The notes beneath the pieces were generated by a model. It made no database searches and was not told the origin of the DNA. It saw only the letters and a list, made by a program, of their open reading frames with translations. 64,000 nucleotides of DNA from a virus (lineage: Duplodnaviria; Caudoviricetes), in the IMG/VR virus record IMGVR_UViG_3300005805_000083, positions 2,921 to 66,920 of that record; one strand, given 5' to 3'. The position numbers and the translations under genes are program-made. Numbering within the stretch: the stretch's first letter is position 1; every line of letters begins with the position of its first letter. Below, piece by piece: positions 29,001 through 38,600 of this stretch.

Positions 29001-29472
29001 GGGACATTTGCTTGACTATCTTGCCAGGGACGGGAATGAGCAAAGCGTCAGACTAAAGCCACTCATACCAATGTGGTTGAGTGGTGCGGAAACAGATATA
29101 GAAAAACGTGTATACCAGAGTGCGCAAATTGCGGAAACTGACTCACTGTACGCCGATAAGCCAAACGTTTCATTTTATGGTTCAAGTAGCCCACAGGAAT
29201 CATTGGCGGAGGCATGGACTGCATGGTTTTTGTTTTCGCGTAGGCCAGACATAGAGGTGAAACCAGTGGGGAATGATGGAAGAATAACGCCCTCCACCCA
29301 ATCAATTGCTGGTGCCGCCCAGAACGCCTTAAGGCCGTTGTTTGAAAGTCTTGGCGATGGAATAAAAACCGCCGAGCAAACCGATGACTACGAAGAAACA
29401 ACAGAAACACCACTTACTGTTCTTTTGTATGCCCTTGCACCATTTATTATTGACAAAGAGGAAAAAAAGTGA
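23065..29472 (+). CDS. Giant multidomain (polyvalent) head-cluster protein, 2135 aa: zincin / ART-like / DUF3626-like / zincin
   Basis: HELMH (nt 25030) and HEMGH (nt 28993) with downstream QESLAE; RVILNVPEGS...IILPPG; RPAHGY...YGSSEIVLK...TFGDS...YVEAIVGG; 6 LRSSG-type motifs. Confidence 0.7.
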   Translation: MQERKVVVTRILKSGRLFPEAKETPEERIRRFVDAQKQVVAYPFSPDISVKALGSSGKNPAADNKDKRKKAKSKFKRLGVGIFDPDAKAKPGQYFEIRPRRINQDGQLGDVPNMGWLDPRKSVKPKDLVAYGKKQIQKQKQNIQVRVVSAKKNKRTGGIEAKALGRSIGQTVGNIGQAAARAIGIVVDADGKFRCPPGVPAANQFTDEVGSNCFDFSPAIGRALVRIAQRYGFNLQDSIRRIDAATPFERDKDGTLRRGASLRSSGLILPGAPSRPSSDGIIYGPDGKPLATRTPVDPEVAEFEVAEETLRTIAAGTGEIVDPDTYEEEFRKALRKAYPELSDAEIDEMAKVAAQREKLKDEVRKQQRESLQILRDMGIDFDENDPNSVQEAISFALWKMRSDGWDIDLEGYYGEGFHDNPMVAILAHRRMLAELGYDGLEAAVEQGKIEGLDADTLDKLKKKYGSRFREVILQAMQDGTPVSDLFPDDEDAQNFAAMAKLAYSKAQAYEVGTMMQLVRQRKLTPDMVGEISGIYHSEFDPYDPFFADTSVDGRTGKITLSINIAGMLVTHPPKSLSDSGFHLYEPSGTAGTEIAKLQAIGDVVSAENRARLLGSYLGELGSFAQEVQRVKEQKEAMTKPLGELGGMSHGLFVMYHELMHARQLQIIAKFIQSRDPGMTNAEALDWAVRIGIGGESFTDAYGREFNIATILSSPEVLSTAVGDVGEILATLVDQKIGGNYGPGHYYQAINMNYIASASSLGEMERRYEELRRKAAILEVTKPGSAELDGIKMALNKTVRLLEDAQEDGWEETRFMRNGARSASAIAIMEMQADIAAAVEMGMIEKTPEVEALISPLSRGKDLDAVVDTIVPEVAVVETRTQKLKRVAKAARKISRDDIRQIIEDSQRLGRILDRDASRDESLTSGALRSAASFDGRGAASRWGASVRDAYMSTATPEQKRVIEGKWRNRKWSKPSSDMSIINSLAMGDGDNMANEIENEFIPFVDLIGNSKLPNGVAVELVLPSGTLSPGDSGFPSSGVRGVRYEIGGHHTGLIKSNEDLFSSVPPSPTPSGQRVILNVPEGSSGLPDFTPGSNGSEVGSIILPPGEIELIDVRDDGVAIASLTRQETVSETLSKKKGQLLRVEQRTERLDDKIAIRKALNRIERKEQVEQRRSLRSSGVGNVAQPKPNTRVPSEPDARTVAIKDRMESQGIQFGKPLLKRIAELREKYEAKLNSRNNSGGIVSDDTHDFESPEAAKKRVDKAIDNAIAQIKAGTLPGLSPEVAEIMKDKSPEEIRQILVTTLRKHVDGLDKRARFRIRGAHVYGVRDGQDSPLMGFIKTGRWRTTHDTSGSQAASDSKRRKEAELLLGIPETADDDLRPAHGYYLHVDELDFRSRRNAARRQQIADGEGGEDRIPLFNEDNLSHQPNPTVTHDKMVVDPMPHEYGSSEIVLKPEASQRTVITFGDSLNGMRTPIPLDGSATDDELLEAGLLNRASMLDSGMFSVRKTDTTQRRIAALLEASVSQNHERVAVSTDGNSTGRYYVEAIVGGSFTMDDVEEIRIEPDFEAIHGNISQSAVPNEVKGHTAYGLLRDVMPRADIDAVIKILDEPETEENKTLKKNLREIISDRYNLHGRLEGRRRIRADIESRVSDPTKPKPKVTFLDTRGRDFESHSKHPRALEETGMDDTYDIVDVIARSGAVRVRKLLKENNIPVSEDSEFDSMKPKPRTLRSSGSPVNERRTLRSSGSMTIDEIPGSGVSRRLERRTSLRSSGRTTREKLDNGPSELDYGIDDKGLPRVATVEENKQKFGRTPKEVKKYFKDKWGIKVKNGLPDGQKNPEQEAVAYAAMQALDDVMNNMGDVAEILKNENLSVNFNSQWTARDTTMGSFSLNRRVLFHRRKQNMEIAMYPKNVVEIAQKNAQELRANGVRGLINGLRRSRAVGLVADPFVEARIDNVPDADMDLVVAQRLTYANMVHEMGHLLDYLARDGNEQSVRLKPLIPMWLSGAETDIEKRVYQSAQIAETDSLYADKPNVSFYGSSSPQESLAEAWTAWFLFSRRPDIEVKPVGNDGRITPSTQSIAGAAQNALRPLFESLGDGIKTAEQTDDYEETTETPLTVLLYALAPFIIDKEEKK

Positions 29473-29930
29473 AATCTGTACTTGTTGGAAAACTACTTGA
29501 CACGAAGGTTTACTACGTTGTCGATTCCATCCACAAGGACTCCGACTGCATCTTGGTTGGTCGGTTTGGCGACACCAAGGTAACAAATTTTTGGAGATTT
29601 GTTGACTGGAACTACAACATACAGAAAATAACAAATACTCAATTTCATAAAGAACTTTGGCACGGACATGAATCCAAAACGAGCACGTACTGGTATTCTG
29701 TTTTTGTAGAGAAAGCCTTGCCAGTTGAGCAAGAACTTCTTGATGACGTCGTAATTAACGAGGACGTGCTGAAAAGAAGACCAAAGGCTCTAAATTTCGA
29801 AAACAGAGCACTCGACTTTAAGATTTCCCTAAAATCGCAGGTTCCTTCAACAAGAATGAAAACGGAATTGTCCTGGAGAAGCAAGGAACCAAAAAGAGAA
29901 AAACGAGGAATAAATGGCCAGCAGGGATGA
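29469..29930 (+). CDS. Hypothetical protein
   Basis: 153 aa, GTG start overlapping the upstream stop. Confidence 0.55.
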   Translation: MKSVLVGKLLDTKVYYVVDSIHKDSDCILVGRFGDTKVTNFWRFVDWNYNIQKITNTQFHKELWHGHESKTSTYWYSVFVEKALPVEQELLDDVVINEDVLKRRPKALNFENRALDFKISLKSQVPSTRMKTELSWRSKEPKREKRGINGQQG

Positions 29931-30576
29931 CTACCAGTTCAAGGCGCCGCAGGACGTTGTACTTGACCTCCCGCAGGAGCGAATAACTGGCGATGTTCTT
30001 CGTGGCTACGGCCCAAGACGCGGAAATTTGGAAAGGCTTCTTAGGTATTGGAGGCCAATAATGCGTAAGCCTGGTGGATTCAGGCGTTGTCGAGTCATTC
30101 TTGCAGACCACCCAGAACTGTATCCGTTGAACAACATCTGTGCATGGCTGCATCACGAGACAACTGGACTTTGGCCCAACGAGGGATGTCATCACCCAGG
30201 CATGAAAAACTGCAAGGGAAAACTCAAAAAAAGAAATTGGACAAACTCGCAATTTGCAGAAAGGCTCGATAGGGCAATCAGTGCGCCAGGAAGACTTGCC
30301 AGGAGCGTTGGGCGGGCCAAGCCGCTCGGCAAATCAGCAAACCTCGTGGATGAGTTTTATTCAGAAAAAGGTTGGAGAGAGCCACTTGAAGAAGAATCAA
30401 TTGTCACTGGCGGAGACCAAGAGCACGCAATCAAAGTGCTGAAAGAATTCATGGACGCAGAGCCAGAGTTCACAAAGTACTTGCGTGACGATAACAACTG
30501 GGAAATCGAAGGCGAAGACGGAGACGGAATGAAAGTCCTTGCAACCTATATCGCTACTAAGTGTTGTGGTGGATGA
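29914..30576 (+). CDS. Head-cluster hypothetical protein
   Basis: LLRYWR...GGFRRC...ICAWLHHETTGLWP motif, which I recall from actinophage head-maturation proteins. Confidence 0.6.
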   Translation: MASRDDYQFKAPQDVVLDLPQERITGDVLRGYGPRRGNLERLLRYWRPIMRKPGGFRRCRVILADHPELYPLNNICAWLHHETTGLWPNEGCHHPGMKNCKGKLKKRNWTNSQFAERLDRAISAPGRLARSVGRAKPLGKSANLVDEFYSEKGWREPLEEESIVTGGDQEHAIKVLKEFMDAEPEFTKYLRDDNNWEIEGEDGDGMKVLATYIATKCCGG

Positions 30577-32633
30577 TGAGAACAAGTCGACGTGCAGTAG
30601 AGAGCATCACAAAACTTTCTGAAAAAAGTTTGTGCTGCCCTGACTCCGAGGTCACGAAAACTCGCGTCGTTTTTACTCATGGGAAAACATCCCCACAGAA
30701 CATAATGCGTTCATATGGGGCAACTCGCCAAGAGATAATTTCTTTCAAGGCGCTGATAAAGAGGGGTGGTCGGGGACGGGAATTTGAATTTAAGAGAATT
30801 GGAACCGTTGCTTCAAATAGCCCTGTTTTGCAGGGCATTCAGGCAGTTGGCTCAATCGCAACACCTGGCAACTTCAGCGCAATACGAAGCCCAATTCGTT
30901 CGGCAATATCAAGAACGTTGACGCCAGGAGTTCCTGGAATGATGGGTAGAGAATCATGGCGTGATGGCGTTTCCAGATGTCCAGAGGGCTATCAATATGG
31001 CGGAAGATTCACTGACAATCAGTTTTCAACTTGTGGCCAAAAGTTATTTGCTCTTCCTGGCCCACTTGGTGCGGCTATAAGTTTGCTCAGGCGAGCAGGC
31101 AGAGCCCTAAATCCGCCAACTGCCGCAGTTTCGTCGACTGTCCTTGGACCAGGTCAACAGCCAGGAAATATTGTTCAATCTCGCGCGCCACAAATTCCAA
31201 AAGTAACGATGTCCAATCCGCAACGGGCGCTTGCCGAAGTAAGAAAGTTGGTCAAACCGCTTGGCGCCGTAGACCAGCCAACAGCGCGAATGGTGAGACG
31301 AGACGGATTTGTTTTGGAGCCAGTTGTCCCACCATCGGTTTTGAGAACAATTCCAGACAATAGAGATATGGAAGGCGCAACATACTTAATGAGTATGTCC
31401 AGCCCTGATGCAATAGGCAAAGACGAATTGGGGCTTTTGTCGAATACTGGAATTACGAGTCTTAAATACGTTTTGCCTGGCGGTTCAGTATTGACGTTGG
31501 AAAAGCGCAGACAATTGACTGTTGGCGAAAGAAGAAAACTTGGCAGAACTGTCAATGCCGCGATGGAGGCGGACAATTCAAAAGACCCGTCAGCAAGATT
31601 GAAGATGGTTGCAACTGAGACTGGCGAAGGAATTGGTTATTCGGAGTCATTTGTTGGAATAGCAAAGCCAAATGAGATTGGTGATGACGGCAAGCAAAGA
31701 TGGGCAACCGCAGCCTTCAAGAAGAGGTCGACAAGAAGAGTCGCAGAAGAAGCACCAGAAGAGCCAACGCGTGAACCAGAGACGACTGCGCCGATTGGCA
31801 AGGACATAACCACACTTGCCGCAGCGGTTGCACACATCCAAAGGGGCGGGTCGCTTTCAGACATTTCTCCAAACATCCTGCAACAGGCACTGAGTAAGTC
31901 TTCGCAAATTAAGAGAGACAAAATTAGCAATACCCAAACGATGCTCACTATGCCAAATGGTGATAAGTACATCGAGAGAAAGAGCAAGTCAGATTACGAG
32001 GCATTGGCACAAAGGTTTGCCACCGAGATTCAACGTCACCTCGGCCTTGAATCACCCAACATTTCGTTTATCGGCACAGGGGATAGACGTGATTATCTGG
32101 TGGAAGATTCAATGACTGCACTCAAGGGCGCAAAGGTGGACGCCGAGGCATCATTCTCTTCTGCCCCATGGCAAGAGGTTATGCGACTTATGGTTGCCGA
32201 CCTACTCACAGACATGGGGAATAGAAACAGCGCATCAATTGAAATCGCCGACTATAACGGCGCCAAAAAGATTATTCCAGTTTCAAACGATGGCGTTGGA
32301 TTAACAGAACTTTCCAAGATTTCAATCCGTGAAAGAACGGAGGCTGCCGTAACTGATTTGCTGCGTCCGTCAGAGGCGCAGTTGTACCAGCAATATTTCA
32401 GACAACTAAAAGAGGCACAGCGCGCTCAGCAACTGCAATTTATTGCTACACTTATTCAGCGGGCAAGAGCATTTAACTTTACAAATTTCAAGTCAAGACT
32501 TTACACAGATGGAAAACTCACCGCTGGAGAGAAAATCCATCTCAACATTCTTGACACTTTGTATACAACCCGCCTAGAAAAACTGGTCGAACAAAACCAA
32601 GCGCTCAGCGATTTGATTACAGGTAGACAATGA
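30561..32633 (+). CDS. Head-cluster protein with C-terminal degenerate HipA/PI3-4-kinase-like fold
   Basis: RCPEGYQYGGRFTD motif; KYIERK...EIQRHLGLESP...DLLTDMGNRNSASI...IIPVSNDG. Confidence 0.55.
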   Translation: MLWWMMRTSRRAVESITKLSEKSLCCPDSEVTKTRVVFTHGKTSPQNIMRSYGATRQEIISFKALIKRGGRGREFEFKRIGTVASNSPVLQGIQAVGSIATPGNFSAIRSPIRSAISRTLTPGVPGMMGRESWRDGVSRCPEGYQYGGRFTDNQFSTCGQKLFALPGPLGAAISLLRRAGRALNPPTAAVSSTVLGPGQQPGNIVQSRAPQIPKVTMSNPQRALAEVRKLVKPLGAVDQPTARMVRRDGFVLEPVVPPSVLRTIPDNRDMEGATYLMSMSSPDAIGKDELGLLSNTGITSLKYVLPGGSVLTLEKRRQLTVGERRKLGRTVNAAMEADNSKDPSARLKMVATETGEGIGYSESFVGIAKPNEIGDDGKQRWATAAFKKRSTRRVAEEAPEEPTREPETTAPIGKDITTLAAAVAHIQRGGSLSDISPNILQQALSKSSQIKRDKISNTQTMLTMPNGDKYIERKSKSDYEALAQRFATEIQRHLGLESPNISFIGTGDRRDYLVEDSMTALKGAKVDAEASFSSAPWQEVMRLMVADLLTDMGNRNSASIEIADYNGAKKIIPVSNDGVGLTELSKISIRERTEAAVTDLLRPSEAQLYQQYFRQLKEAQRAQQLQFIATLIQRARAFNFTNFKSRLYTDGKLTAGEKIHLNILDTLYTTRLEKLVEQNQALSDLITGRQ

Positions 32634-35600
32634 GACAATACGCAGTTCTAAAAAACGTCGTGAGAGGCGTAAATTTCGGCGTTGTAGTCAAGTCTCACGG
32701 CAACCTAAAGTTCTATGGTTGGTCCGAAAAGGGAATCGAATGGTCGCGCTGGGCAAACGACAACAAGGCTGATTTGGGCCAATTGCCCGCCAATATTGCC
32801 GTTGGCGAATTCAAGGGATTGTCCGACGAAATGATGAAGAGCATCATTCTGGACTCCAGCGAGTCGGTCGCCGCTGGTGAGTCAGTCGCCGAAAAGAAAA
32901 TTCTTGCATTCAATCTTGGAAGCGAGAGATTTGCCAATACATCCAAATACCCATCTTTTGTTGACGCGCCAATTTATGATGGCTGGGCATCGAAAACCAA
33001 GTCAATCAATTTCAAAGCAAAAAACTTCAGAAAAGAAGTTGCCCATAACGAAATATCTTTGCGTGTACGAATGCACGAATTGGCCTTTGACAATCTGCGC
33101 AAGGAATTTGTGGCCAAGCCAAATAAGGCAACCAAGACCTACGTTCGGTCTGAAATACGCAAGAAGATGTCGCGTGGCGCAGAGAGAAAGTTTGGTCAAA
33201 GAATTGTCGGTTACGTAAACGCCAGCGTCGAAGAGGCCGCTGGCCTGCCATCGATTAAGCGTGCCCAACTTGGCCCAAACACCAAAGAAATTCTTAGCGA
33301 ATACACCAAGGCAAGTCTGGGTCGCACCATAGGTAGAGCAGTTGGCTCTGCAGCGCGTGGAATGACGCCCAATAGGGGTCGCGGGCGCGCGCGAGGTGCA
33401 GCGTCCAGATTCGTTTCTGGTGTTCTTGACCCAAGAAAGAGAAGAGACGTCGACGGCGACGGAATGATTTTCGACGGTACGTGGCGCGAAATGCCAGACC
33501 CAAGCAGGTTTGTACAAAAGCCAGATGCAAGGCCGACAGATGGGAGAATCGGCTACAACCCATTAATCGATACGCGTGCAACAAGAAACAGAGAAAACGC
33601 AAGTCGCGCATTGCGCGAAACGTTGGATGAGGTTTCGAATCTGAAACCAGAAAGAAGACGGGGATTGCGTTCTGGCGATGCACCACCACCAAGGGCAGCA
33701 GCCGCAGTTCAAATGGAAATGGATGCTCGCAATTCGAGACTCGCCAGCAAGATTACCTATGACCCACAAGACCAAGTTCTCGAAGTCACGTATAGGGGAA
33801 CTGGAAAGACTGTCAGGTTTAGAAACGTTCCATACGAGAGCGCACGGCAGGCTGGGGCATCAAGCAGCCCAGACAGATTTATTAGAAGTTTGGAAGAGGC
33901 TCGCGAAAATGCGATTCAATCGCAAATGCGTTCTTCTGGTAGAGCGGGTCGTCGCGCCCTTGACTCAGACAAGACATTCGCAGAATTTGGCAACCCACAA
34001 AGATTGAGCGATGAAGCCCTAGAAAGCGCGATTGCTGCCATGAATCTTGGCGGACGAGACACTGCTGGGAAAATGGCTCCATATCTAAAGGAAAGAAATA
34101 ACAGAAAAGCAAAGTTTGGCAAGAAGTACCCACGTCAAGGTGGAGAATCTTCAAAGCCAAATCAAACGCTTAGGTCCAGTGGAAGAAAATACGAAAATGT
34201 TTCTGGGCCAAACAGAGACCGCCTTGAAAATATGCGAGACACTCTTGTTTCTGGAGAACTGAATAATCCAAAACAACTTCGCGACCAACTGGACAAGATG
34301 AATTCTGATAGAGACAGAATTTCAAAGCGAAGACTTGCAAACATTGACGAACTGAGAGAATTGCCGCAAACTCCAGAGAATAAGAGAAAGCGGGCGAATC
34401 TACTTGACGAAATAATCAGAGACGGTCAGGAAGTTGAATACTTGTCGGCTGCTTCCGAAATGCTCAGCGAGCACATCGACAATGTTGCCGCAGGTAGGGA
34501 TGTGCGAAGTCTTGGTGGGGATAGAAACAAGCCAAGAGCGCTGAGGTCCAGCACGCTGAACAACATCATTGACTCAGCAGAAGGCGCAAATGAAAACCTT
34601 CTCGTTGACGCGCTGAGAAAGCACCAAGACGGGAAGCCGCTTTCAAAAGAAGAGAAAGATTATCTCCTTGAGTCGCTGAGAAACATTCTTGACAACAACC
34701 CAGATATAACTGAAGATGAGCGCGTAGAACTCATTGACCTAGAGAACGCAATTTCTGGAAGAAATAGAACCACTGGTCTTCGTTCCAGCACGCTCAGCAA
34801 ACTTGCGGACTCGGCCGAAGGCGCCAATGAGGATGAACTTGTTGACGCCTTGCGCAAGATTCAACGAGATGAACCAGTCACTGGCGAGCAAAGAGATTAT
34901 CTGTTGGAGTCGCTCAGAAACATCCTTGACAACAACCCAGACATCACCGAAGACGAACGTGTCGAACTAATCGACCTAGAAAACAAGATTAGACGACAGC
35001 CAGGAAGTGGCAGAACGCTTCGCTCAAGCGGCTCGAGCCTAAAACCAAAGCCATCAAAACCACCAAGAAACAGCGATGGAAGTTTGGTTAACGTCTTCGA
35101 CGATTTTGAAACAGAAGAACTTTTTAAGCAACTTGGTCAAAAGAACAAGATAATTAAGCAGTTAGAAAATTGGTTGAACGGTGATGGACCATTCCCCAAG
35201 TCGCTGCCCGATTGGTACCGCGACCGTGACCGCGCTAGAAAATTTCTCAGTGAATCCAGACAAGAGCGCATCAAGATAACTAAAGCCCTAAAAGACAGGG
35301 GTTACGAAAGTCCAAATGAGGCAAGGAAAGAATTTGGTCGTTCCAAGAAAAAGCCAGCAGGCGACGATAAGAGAAGCGACAATACACTGCCTTCACTCGT
35401 CAGAATACCAACACCAGAAGAGAGAGAGGATGACAACCAGTTTGTTAGTCTGAATTCAGAATCGCTAAATCCGACGTATCCGCGCCTTCCAAACGGTTAT
35501 CCAGATTTTGACAACATCAATCTAGACGAAATGACCGATGAACAACTCATCGGAATGCTGGTGCACTTTGCGGAAATAAACGAGCGACCGTTTGGCCCGA

Positions 35601-38600
35601 GGTCTGGAAGAACATTACTTAATGAATTGAACAGTGGTGATTTTTCAAAACTTCGCGGAGAATTGCAGCGCCGTGGATATTCGCTAAAATTGGGCGAAAA
35701 AAGAAGACCAAAATATTACGGCGATTACGCTGCTGGTGACAGATATTGGACAGCGAAAAAAACGCGTCCTTCGCGAAAACCAGTAAATCGCTCTTCTTCC
35801 AAGCCAAGTTCTGGCGGAGGACGCACAAGAAGAGACCAACAAACCCAAAGATTAATTGACCTACTCAACCAGGAAGACCAGCGTCCAAAAGACGGAAGAA
35901 TCGGTTACAACCCGCTTCCTGACCTTGAACGTCAGCGCGAACGCGATGAGGAAATTCGTCGCATATTGATGGGAACGGCGGGAGATTTCTATCAGGCGGC
36001 GCAGGCACAACGTGGGGGACGGCGCTCTGGCACCCTTCGCTCGGGTGGAAGAAACGACAATCTTGACGGCATCAGGGAAATGGCTGATGGCGCTGGCGAG
36101 ATGGACCTCGTAAATATTTTTGACAAAGTACGAGACGATGAAAGCATTTCCCCAGATGAGCGGAAATTCCTACGCGAATCAATTCGCGACATCCTCGACA
36201 ATAACCCAGATATTACGGAAGATGAACGTGTTGTCCTTATCGACCTTGATAAGAAGTTGGCCAATCAGGGCAAGAGAACACTTCGTTCAAGCGAACTCAG
36301 CGAAGGACAAATCGGTCGCCCACGCTCGGAGCGCAGAGACGCAATTGATTATCGCACTGGTGGCCCAGAAGACGCATCTCTTAGACCAGTTCTTTCCGAC
36401 CTCGCCGAAGAGGCACGTGAAGGTGGGGAAAGACAACTAGGCGACATTTTCGACCGTCACAGCAGGGGTGACCTGGTAACGCAAAGTGAACTTGAGTTGG
36501 CGAGAGAAGAACTCACCAACATGATTGAGAATAGAACAGATATCGACGAAGATAGAAAAACACAACTGCGCAACATTAGGGACGACATGTCTTTTATGGA
36601 TGGGCAGCCAGGACCAATCGAATACGATGAAACAGAATTTGGTGGCAGGGATTTCCCGCCAGACCCGCCAACACTTCGTTCAAGCGGTAAGAGGCCCAAC
36701 AACAAACAGTCTCGAGCCAGAGATGCGGCGAGGGCTGAAGCCACGGACACGCTTAAAGACAATGCCATGGGCGGCGCAGATTGGGACAGCCCATTCCGTA
36801 GAGCATGGATGAAACTTGGAATCGGCCTGCGTCCTGGCACTGCCGACAGATTCAGCAGGGCATCTCTCATCATGTCCCTGTTTCACCCAGGTTTCATCAA
36901 CGATGACAAAAGAATCAATGAAGTTCTTGAAAAGGCTGGTTTTGGTCAAGGGAGTCGCTCTTTCCAAAACATCAAAGACATGCTCGATGCTGTTCGCCGT
37001 GGAGAAATGCCCAGAGAAGAACAACTGAAGGCATTTGTCAGTGATGCTGTTTTGATGGGTGGTGTAATCAGGGGAAGAGACGGAAAGTCGATTGACAAAC
37101 AAGTAAATAACGACTTCGCTGGCGTGGTCGAGGCCTACATAATCCATCAAAATCCAAGACTTGGTGATGGCGATGGGGCGCCCACGCGTTCACTTCGCTC
37201 AAGCGGAAATCTTGACGGCATTAGAGAAATGTCAGAGGGTGCAGGCGAAATGGACTTTGTTGACGCCCTCAACAAGATTCGCGACGGCAAAATTGACGAC
37301 ATATCCGATGACCAAATGGAATACCTGCGCGAAACTGTGCGCAACATCCTCAGAAACAATCCAGACATCACCGAGGATGAGCGTGTTGCCCTTCTTGACC
37401 TAGAAAATCAAATAAAGCCAAATAGAAGCACTTTGCGCTCAGGTGCTAGAGGAAGACCAACACAACAACAACTCAGTTCAAGAAGAATGCTTGCCACCAC
37501 CGAGCGTGCAGCACGACCAAGAGGAACTTCCCTCAGGAGCAGTGGCGGTACTGGCGGAGATAGAACCCCAGCACCAAAGGCTGGTTCGGGTCGTGGTCCT
37601 GGCGTCGGCCCAGGAGGCAAGTACGGACACGGCGCCATGGAGCGAAAGTATGGCCGTGAAAAGACTGGCACGGACGGAGAACTTTGGGATTCGTTGACAC
37701 CAGAGCAAAAGAAGGCAGTCGAAGAAGCGCTACTTGCTGAAAGAAAAACACTTGAAAAGAAACTCAAGGGATTCTTCAACAAGTATTGGGCTGCCGCCAC
37801 GAAGAAGGGCGCCAAGAAACAGGGCGTTGTCGCTGCCTACAAGCGCGGAAGGGGTAAGGCTGGCGGTCGGTACGAGAAACGACCAGACGATGACCCACTT
37901 GACGCAACCGACGTTAGTGAGATGTTGCTGCGACTCGACCAGGCTGTAGCCAATGGTGACATTGAGAAGTTTGACGCCGATAAAAATACACGTGACCTCA
38001 AACTTCAACCAGATGGTTCTGCAACGATTTCAAACGTGAAGAGCGGGTACAAAGACCGTCAGCAGGCAATCGACGATATGCAAACCGTTTTGAACATGAT
38101 TGAGGATGGGGATTTCTCGGCGCTTGAACACCTGCACCCAACCATAAAGAAAAAGATTGCAAAAGTTATCAGGGACAAAGGTGGAGAAGTTCCAAAGGGT
38201 TGGGAGAAGGAACTGTCTACTGTCGCCAGATATGCGGGCGGCGAAGAGCGACGCAAGGCTCCTGACGCAATAGACATGGTAAAAGAAAGAGGAATAAGCG
38301 AAAAGAAGAAAGACAAGCGTCTTTCGCTTTTCCAAAGACTGCGCCGAATGGACCCAGAGCGAGAAAGACAGATTGAACTTCGCGCTGCGCGCCGTGCTGG
38401 TGGAATCCGAGAAGGTATCGCCCTTGACCCAGAGCAGTCAATCAAGAAGCGCAAGTTGCGCGCACGCGCAATGAAGCGAAGAATGATTTCGCGATTCAAG
38501 AAGTCGAGAAACCCAGACGACCTAGCATCTGATTCAAAGGCGAGGAAAGACGCTGCTGGTGTTGTGAAGACCGACCCAGCAACGAACAAGGTTGAAATAA

